A stretch of DNA of 64,000 bases, taken from assembly GCA_022509225.1 (NCBI GenBank), contig JAFLTM010000001.1:22880-86879 (forward strand), in the 5' to 3' direction. Below, piece by piece: positions 1 through 5,737 of this stretch. Each line of letters opens with the position of its first letter. Position 1 is the stretch's first letter. A program made the translations under genes and the position numbers. This DNA is from Muribaculaceae bacterium. GTDB lineage: Bacteria > Bacteroidota > Bacteroidia > Bacteroidales > Muribaculaceae. The notes beneath the pieces were generated by a model that saw only the letters and a program-made list of their open reading frames with translations, searched no databases and was not told where the DNA came from.

Positions 1-770
1 ATGGCCTGCTCGGCTATCACGGCATGCGAGAATGGCATCCTCTTTCTCTGACTCTCGAAATAATCGCTCACCACCTGGTTCATACCTCTTTTCTGGAGGT
101 AAATCCTTGTAGGCTGAGGTAGGATAAGGTCAGGGTCAACCTCTTTCTGTGTCTCATAGAGGGAGTTGGCCAGGATGATAATCTTTGTTCCTCCCGGAAT
201 CGTTGGAACCTGGCTGAATTCATCTTCGGGTGTGGTCTTCTTGCCGTTGACAGCCCTCACCACCGGATTGGCAGTGGTGGAGTCCTGACCGGTGACAAAG
301 AGCATGAGGTCTTTGCCGGGAGTGATGTTCAATCCGTCACTGTCGTAGCCGTCAACCCCCTTCACCAGAAGTGTGGTGTATGGCCGCAAGGAATTTCCGT
401 CGGATTCAGAGAGCGGAAGCACCACGAAAGCACGCGAGTTGCCTCCGCATTCCGTTGTGGTGTAAACACAGGATTTTGCCTCGTCAATCATGTAGTGATC
501 CACCTCCGGACTGTTGACATTCACTCTTTTAGCCCTGAGCATCAGATTCATCAGGGGCGTATCCTCACTGTTAAACCTGAATAATTCGTCATCAACGGCA
601 GTCTCGATGAAATTCCCTGCCGAGATGCCGCCCGTGGCATCGGCAGCCGCGCTCACGGATGCAGCCTGTCCTGCAGATATATCTTCAAGGCCTGCCGTGC
701 CTTCTGTCAATGTGGGTTCACCTCCTATCAGAGGCACTGTCTCTTTTGAATCTTGTAGTTTGGAATACAT
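1..770 (-). CDS. Putative phage-type major capsid protein (SU10/DUF5309-like HK97 fold), partial: runs off the window edge
   Basis: Manual translation from ATG at 770 gives 256 codons with no stop: MYSKLQDSKETVPLIGGEPTLTEGTAG...IETAVDDELFRFNSEDTPLMNLMLRAKRVNVNSPEVDHYMIDE...PYTTLLVKGVDGY...LMLFVTG...VRAVNG...VPTIPGGTKIIILANSLYETQKEVDP...YLQKRGMNQVVSDYFESQRKRMPF. The D-x7-DTPL motif, then an E-loop-like segment and a beta-rich insertion, resemble DUF5309/SU10-type capsids. The ORF track omits it because it has no stop in the window. The ORF is firm; the product is inferred. Confidence 0.7.
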   Translation of the reverse strand, partial: MYSKLQDSKETVPLIGGEPTLTEGTAGLEDISAGQAASVSAAADATGGISAGNFIETAVDDELFRFNSEDTPLMNLMLRAKRVNVNSPEVDHYMIDEAKSCVYTTTECGGNSRAFVVLPLSESDGNSLRPYTTLLVKGVDGYDSDGLNITPGKDLMLFVTGQDSTTANPVVRAVNGKKTTPEDEFSQVPTIPGGTKIIILANSLYETQKEVDPDLILPQPTRIYLQKRGMNQVVSDYFESQRKRMPFSHAVIAEQA

Positions 771-809
771 GTAAATAAAGATTTTAAGTTGTTTCAAATA
801 AAAATGACG

Positions 810-1415
810 CTATCTGCATTTGGCAGCCATTGAAAAGATGTCGTCCTTTCCGGCGCCACGGTTCACCGCACCGTTGAAGTGAGGCACACCGTCGTCGAGT
901 GTGGGAAAATATTCCTCCTCGATCTTTGCGTTCCTGCCGGCAACCTCTCCCTCACGGTAGGCGGCTTCTCGCGCCTTGTCGAAATTCAGGGCATTGAGCA
1001 ATGTCAGAAGCAGCGTTCCGCTCACTTTTCCCTTGAGAGTGTTTGAAGCAAGCTCGGCAAGTAAAGCGAGCAGAGCCTTCACCACGGTTGCCGCGAGCTC
1101 ATGCTCCTCGGCGAAACGCTTCACCTCTTCAATCGAGCTTACTATGTTCCTTTTCAGGGCATAGGGGCAGCTTTCTTTCCTGCTGTCAGCTTCAGGAGTC
1201 TCTTCAACATTTTCAGTACTTTCCCTAACATCAGGATCATTTTCTTGATCTTTTCCATTTTCTTCTCTCTGTTTTTCGTTTACGGCCCTCCTGATTAGCT
1301 TTTCAACGGTTTCTACGGAAGGGGCCGGTGGTGTCCCGTCGAAACCTTTGCCATGGATCGAGAGAAATTCTTTGATCCATGAAAAAATGGTTTTCTTTTT
1401 CATTTCTGATTTCAT
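810..1415 (-). CDS. Putative capsid scaffolding-like protein
   Basis: 201 aa, helical and charged, with an acidic low-complexity linker. C-terminal AREAAYREGEVAGRNAKIEE...GVPHFNG...DDIFSMAAK. Lies 39 bp upstream of the capsid-like gene on the same strand, the usual scaffold position. Confidence 0.5.
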   Translation of the reverse strand: MKSEMKKKTIFSWIKEFLSIHGKGFDGTPPAPSVETVEKLIRRAVNEKQREENGKDQENDPDVRESTENVEETPEADSRKESCPYALKRNIVSSIEEVKRFAEEHELAATVVKALLALLAELASNTLKGKVSGTLLLTLLNALNFDKAREAAYREGEVAGRNAKIEEEYFPTLDDGVPHFNGAVNRGAGKDDIFSMAAKCR

Positions 1416-1436
1416 TTAGTAAGCAGCTTACGAGGG

Positions 1437-1444
1437 CAAAATTA
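1437..1444 (-). promoter_or_regulatory. Bacteroidetes sigma-A -7 box (TAATTTTG) for the scaffold/capsid transcript
   Basis: CAAAATTA on the + strand reads TAATTTTG on the minus strand, about 20 bp upstream of the ATG at 1415. Confidence 0.6.
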
Positions 1445-1450
1445 TCTCTA

Positions 1451-1673
1451 TTTATAGCATTGCTATTGTTATTTTAATCCTTTTTATAGCATTATTCATT
1501 TTTATATAATTTCATATTATTCTGATATGTAAGTTATTGATTATTTTAAAACCCTTAATTACACCATCCCGGTATCAGTAATTAGAAAATAATTTATAGC
1601 GTTGCCTTATTTTTTATTTGGTTTTGCTAAAATATTTCATTAGCTTTGCCAAACTTTTTAAGCAATGCTATAA
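1451..1673. promoter_or_regulatory. Four copies of a palindromic operator-like motif ATAGCAnTGCTAT in the divergent promoter region
   Basis: 1454-1466 ATAGCATTGCTAT (perfect 6-1-6), 1486-1493 ATAGCATT (half site), 1596-1608 ATAGCGTTGCCTT, 1659-1671 TAAGCAATGCTAT. Confidence 0.55.
1641..1648 (+). promoter_or_regulatory. Bacteroidetes -7 box (TAGCTTTG) for the divergent small gene
   Basis: Matches TAnnTTTG, about 45 bp upstream of the ATG at 1693. Confidence 0.55.
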
Positions 1674-1692
1674 TATTAATAAAAAAAATCCT

Positions 1693-2118
1693 ATGAGAAA
1701 GAAAATGTCTGTAGCTGAATTTGCTTCCGAGAGAAGCGAACTATTGTTGAAAAATTTTCGTGAATCGCTTGCCACGCAGTCGGTGATCAGTGCCAAGAAA
1801 GCATTTTCCGATGCCGCCGACCTACCGGCCCCACGATTTTGGGTAAGTGAGGCGAGAGCCATGAGGGTTATATCGGCAATGTTCAGGGGTGAGGATCCGT
1901 GCGAGGGGATGTTTCCCGAAAAGAGGGAGATGTATCAGGAGATATTCCGTAGGGTAGTGCAAATAAAAAAAGTCGCCCCGGGAAAACCCTTGGGCGACAT
2001 AGTTTTTGAAGTAGTCAATAATCCTGCCCCTAAATCTTATCTCTCATGGCACCGAGCCAAGCAAATCCTCCACAAATCAAAAAAATCGCAATGTGGTAAA
2101 ATTCGAAGTCTTTTATAG
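1693..2118 (+). CDS. Small basic helical protein of Bacteroidales prophage-like head clusters (possible DNA-binding regulator or small terminase-like protein)
   Basis: The likely start is the ATG at 1693 (MRKKMSVAEF), downstream of the -7 box, rather than 1618. Motifs APRFWVSEARA, KREMYQEIFRRV and VVNNPAPKSYL match a conserved Bacteroidales prophage hypothetical family as I recall it (unverified). Function is inferred. Confidence 0.55.
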   Translation: MRKKMSVAEFASERSELLLKNFRESLATQSVISAKKAFSDAADLPAPRFWVSEARAMRVISAMFRGEDPCEGMFPEKREMYQEIFRRVVQIKKVAPGKPLGDIVFEVVNNPAPKSYLSWHRAKQILHKSKKSQCGKIRSLL

Positions 2119-2124
2119 CGCGTG

Positions 2125-2242
2125 GTCTTTTTTTTGTCGAAGCCGAAGTCTTTTGTCGCAGGTGTTGTCTTTTGTCGCAGGTGATGTCTTTTGTCGCAGG
2201 TGTTGTCTTTTGTCGAAGGTGTTGTCTTTTGTCGAAGGTGAG
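2125..2242 (+). repeat. Tandem array of a 19-bp repeat GTCTTTTGTCG(C/A)AGGTGNN (left array)
   Basis: Five clean units start at 2148, 2167, 2186, 2205 and 2224, preceded by a degenerate unit at about 2125. The array ends 3 bp before the transposase stop codon. Confidence 0.95.
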
Positions 2243-2245
2243 AAA

Positions 2246-3187
2246 TTATCGGGTAATATCGCAGATTCTATAAGCAAGTTCATTCATACGTGTAGATATC
2301 GCATAAGTCAGTTCCGTTCCTTTAGGCAGCCCTAAAGAAATTATAAGCAATTTTCCTTGTGAACATAATTCAAAGTCATGTTTAGGTGGTTTGAACCTTT
2401 CCCCGAATTCTTCATGTCTGATGAGAATTATTTTGGAATTCTTCAGTTCCGCCTCTTTACGGATTTCCTTTTCATGCGATGATATAAAGGGAGAAATCAA
2501 GACAGAACCTCTTTGTGCTGCAACAATCGCTTGTTGTTTATGCAAATAAACTTCTTGGGCGGTAAAAACCCTTCTTACCCTAACGGCAAATTTGTCAGGA
2601 TTATCATAAAGAAACAAATTACCGTAAGCCTCATAAGATTCATTGTCAATTTTAAGACACCTTGAACGCTTGAAAAACTCAGGCCGTTGCACAATCATTA
2701 CCCTTCTGTAAGGATTTTCTCTCACATATTTTATCCAGGCGTCAAGACTAACCTTGTCATATAAAGCTTTGTCAGTATAGCCTTCTTGAAAAATCTCTTC
2801 ATTTGAAAGTGCTGTTCCACTCTTTCTGTTGTATTCACTAGAGATTATTGTTTTAAGAAAAGTAATATATTCGTCAAGATGGATATTATTTTTAACTGTT
2901 TTGTAAATTATCAAATGCAGATGATCCGGCATTAACATGTATTGAAACTTTCGGATCTCGGGAAATCGTTTTTCAAATATCTTTAAGCCATCTATTATAG
3001 ATTTTCCTGTTTCAAAAGGAAAGAGATAAGGAGCCCCCTTCTCTCCCGGCTTAAAATCCACACTCCCTCGCATAGCCCCGAAATCAGGGGTCCCATCCCT
3101 CTTTTTGATTATGATGTGATAGATAAATCTATCATAATAATCATGATGGAGGCTTCGCTTGTCATAGGTGGAATGAGTCAGATTCAT
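2246..3187 (-). mobile_element. HUH/Y1 tyrosine transposase (RAYT/IS200-like) fused to a C-terminal DprA/SLOG-like domain
   Basis: N-terminal R...HDY...IYHI, HUH motif MPDHLHLII, FQEGYTD and catalytic-Tyr motif IKYVRENP. The C-terminal ~130 aa (YGNLFL...SVLISPFISSHEKEI...IILI...KP...GKLLIIS...RMNELA) follow the DprA/SMF Rossmann-like pattern. Visibly more AT-rich than the core genes. Confidence 0.8.
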
Positions 3188-3223
3188 AGGCTCTGATTAA
3201 GCACGGTTTTTCATATTCATCCG

Positions 3224-3255
3224 CAAATATAAGGCTATTCCTCACCTCCGACAAA
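3224..3255 (-). promoter_or_regulatory. Transposase promoter: -7 box TATATTTG (3224-3231) and -33 TTTG (3252-3255)
   Basis: Matches Bacteroidetes TTTG-N20-TAnnTTTG, about 36 bp upstream of the ATG at 3187. Confidence 0.6.
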
Positions 3256-3260
3256 AAACA
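3241..3260 (-). repeat. Single inverted copy of the 19-bp repeat
   Basis: The reverse complement TGTTTTTTGTCGGAGGTGAG matches 2223-2242 TGTCTTTTGTCGAAGGTGAG at 18/20 positions. Confidence 0.8.
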
Positions 3261-3282
3261 AAAGCCGGAAATAATTTCCGGC
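3253..3282 (-). terminator. Hairpin/rho-independent terminator, probably ending the pilus operon
   Basis: GCCGGAAA-TAA-TTTCCGGC (3264-3282), followed on the minus strand by TTTTGTTTTTT. Confidence 0.6.
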
Positions 3283-3301
3283 AATCTTTCCTTGTATCAT
3301 A

Positions 3302-3510
3302 TCCTTTCCTCGTAGGCAGAGTCTTTTGCCCTAAGGGCAGTCTTTGTCGCAAGTGTTGTCTTTTCTCGAAGGCAAAGTCTTTTGTCGAAGCAAAGTCTTT
3401 TGTCGAAGGCAAAGTCTTTTGTCGCAGATGATGGCTTTTGTCGAAGCAAGGTCTTTTGTCGCAGGTAAAGTCTTTTGTCGCAGGTAAAGTCTTTTGTCGC
3501 AGGTGATGTC
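3302..3510 (+). repeat. Tandem array of the same 18-19 bp repeat (right array, about 11 units)
   Basis: Units start at about 3302, 3321, 3340, 3358, 3377, 3395, 3414, 3433, 3451, 3470 and 3489. The core is CTTTTGTCG(C/A)AG with variable tails (GTAAA, GCAAA, CAAA, GTGAT, ATGAT). Leftmost units are degenerate. Confidence 0.95.
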
Positions 3511-3525
3511 AAATTAGTTTCTTCA

Positions 3526-5718
3526 TTAAAATTTTTTTGAATGAAAATCCTGGCAGGTTGCAGTGATTTCCAGAGCCTTTTCCTCACTCCTGCTTCTTCC
3601 TTGTGCAGAACCGTTATTATCCGATTTCTTGGATAAAGTTATCCGATAGACATGATTTCTGATCAAAGGCCATGGAAGATGTGTCTGATCGGTAGGGCTA
3701 TTTGTTATTTGTTCTTGCAAATAGTCGTGGGCCGTTTTACAGGTTTCAGTTTTGCCATCTGCTGTCCTTTGATGGGCATGTCTTGGCAAATATTTTTTCC
3801 CATCCCTGTTAATATATAAATCACTATAACTACTTGTAGCACCTTCTTTTCCATCATTCCATGACAACGGAGTTAGTTTCAAGGCTGCATTCGCACTGTT
3901 GCCATAATCTGTGATAGGAACTGCATAGGAATTGTCTCCAATCTGTAGAATCCAATATTGAAACACTGCATTGGCTGAACCGGTTGCATGTAGACTATTT
4001 AAATTGGACGGATCCATACTGTTTTTTTCTCCGCAATAGATAATATAATGCAAATTATCGTCTCCGTAATCATCAAACAAAACATTATCATCACAAATAA
4101 CCAACTGATTCCTTTGAATTGTGGTATTGAAAATTTGTGGATATTCCTTACCGGTGGATTCGGGAGCAATGTCTGTAAAACCGTTAAAATCCCAGCCCTT
4201 CTCTTTCCAAGCACCGTAAAACCAACTCATGGTATATTGATAATCAGTCAATTCATTAGAAGAGTGCGCACTTCCTGAAGTGGTGCATATCGACCCATAA
4301 TTCAAAATATTCTCGATCTCACATTTATCTCCTCCAATGTAGGAGCCGTTGGATTTTTCATGCATATCCGCCCATATCTTGTCGGTCGGTGTCCAGACAT
4401 CCATAGGCTCACAACGCGAATAAATATTTGAATATGCCACCCCAACCATTGTCAAGTTATCGAAATTATCGCCGATAACCGACTTCGGAATTATCAGTTC
4501 CATCTTGACAACCGAACGTAAAATCGAGATAGATTTCTGATTATAGGCTACAATCGGTTCTTGACCCGGTATCCCCTCGGAAAGATAAAATGGCGAACCT
4601 TTTTGCCACAGCTCTTCATTGGAATTATCGTATTTTATCGGATCAAATAGCTGTATGCCATACATCGGGATAGGATAATCATAACTTGGGTTCCTGAATC
4701 TTTTGGCATAAGCTCTGGATGAATTTATAAAAGCACCGTCATTTTGACAGTAACTTATGACTTGTTCACCATTGCTTGTATAAGTGATGCTTATCTTGTT
4801 GCCATTATCATCCAATTTGTAATAATCCCAATCAACCCAACTTGCCGTGGCACCCATCTTAGGCCCTTCGTTGGCAAGCACCGTGTTTATACTAACATTA
4901 TTATAAGCAGTGGCCCAAGATACGGCATTCCCATCTTTGTCACGGTTCCAGTCGCCCATTACAAAGCTGTAATATCCCACATTGGTACTTTTATTTATAT
5001 AGTTGATGTCTGTCTGGCAATGATGCAGATCAAAAACATCTTTCACAGCTGCCAAGGCATTTTTTAAGGCTTCCGGATTGTTTTTGACATTTTCAAAGTC
5101 ATTAAGTTTCTCCTGCGACAAAGCATCGTCCGAGCCCCACAGAGGACCCTTGTTTGGCATCCATCCGGCATCTATAGCCAATGACTGATCGGCATTGCCG
5201 GCAAACCTATCTACATAGTCATATTCCGGACGGTTGGCTAAAATAGCTATCTTAAAAGGCGCGCTCGTCAATCTCTGACGTATAAAATCCCAATCCCAGC
5301 TATATCCTTCCGCATTATTCCCATGGGTATACATCGGTACTGAAACCAACCATCGGTTAGGATTTGACTCATCCGCATCAAGTTTTTTTACCCAATGGTT
5401 CTTCGGTTCAAATAGGAAAAAATCATGTTCGTAATCATCATCGTTATATTTCCCCTCGCAACTGAAGAAAAGAATACGCACCTTTTCAAGATCTACATAA
5501 TTTTCAATATCTTGCATGGGATTGCTCGCCCTTGTTGCCGCACCTCCCATATTGTCAAGGTTAAAAACAAATTGCAGGCAATAATCGCCTGAACCATCAC
5601 CCACCGTGTCTGATTGTGAAGTCTCGGGCAACTTGATATTGTCATCGACACAGGATGATGCAAGGAAAGTGACAATAACAAAAAATATATACTTATATAA
5701 AAGATTCAATCTTTTCAT
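3526..5718 (-). CDS. Type V pilus accessory/tip pilin-like lipoprotein
   Basis: Likely start MKRLNLL (ATG 5718). Lipobox LASSC, processing-type motif AATRA, C-terminal LIRNHVYRITL pilin motif. Last gene of the Mfa-like operon. Confidence 0.7.
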   Translation of the reverse strand: MKRLNLLYKYIFFVIVTFLASSCVDDNIKLPETSQSDTVGDGSGDYCLQFVFNLDNMGGAATRASNPMQDIENYVDLEKVRILFFSCEGKYNDDDYEHDFFLFEPKNHWVKKLDADESNPNRWLVSVPMYTHGNNAEGYSWDWDFIRQRLTSAPFKIAILANRPEYDYVDRFAGNADQSLAIDAGWMPNKGPLWGSDDALSQEKLNDFENVKNNPEALKNALAAVKDVFDLHHCQTDINYINKSTNVGYYSFVMGDWNRDKDGNAVSWATAYNNVSINTVLANEGPKMGATASWVDWDYYKLDDNGNKISITYTSNGEQVISYCQNDGAFINSSRAYAKRFRNPSYDYPIPMYGIQLFDPIKYDNSNEELWQKGSPFYLSEGIPGQEPIVAYNQKSISILRSVVKMELIIPKSVIGDNFDNLTMVGVAYSNIYSRCEPMDVWTPTDKIWADMHEKSNGSYIGGDKCEIENILNYGSICTTSGSAHSSNELTDYQYTMSWFYGAWKEKGWDFNGFTDIAPESTGKEYPQIFNTTIQRNQLVICDDNVLFDDYGDDNLHYIIYCGEKNSMDPSNLNSLHATGSANAVFQYWILQIGDNSYAVPITDYGNSANAALKLTPLSWNDGKEGATSSYSDLYINRDGKKYLPRHAHQRTADGKTETCKTAHDYLQEQITNSPTDQTHLPWPLIRNHVYRITLSKKSDNNGSAQGRSRSEEKALEITATCQDFHSKKF

Positions 5719-5737
5719 TTTCAATAATGATTCTTTT

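Noticed and set aside
514-774. 86-aa + strand ORF
   Set aside because: It is the antisense shadow of the capsid-like gene.
2093-2335. 80-aa + strand ORF
   Set aside because: It is a translation of the repeat array plus the antisense of the transposase 3' end.
2246-3187. IS605/OMEGA element with TnpB or IscB
   Set aside because: No RuvC, HNH or zinc-finger ORF accompanies the HUH gene, and the C-terminal domain looks DprA/SLOG-like.
2125-3510. CRISPR array interpretation of the 19-bp repeats
   Set aside because: Units are head-to-tail with only 4-5 variable, recurring bases. There are no unique ~30-bp spacers and no cas genes.
3297-3587. 96-aa minus-strand ORF with repeated ATKD/DKRL
   Set aside because: It is read-through of the tandem repeat, overlaps the pilin 3' end and has no credible start.
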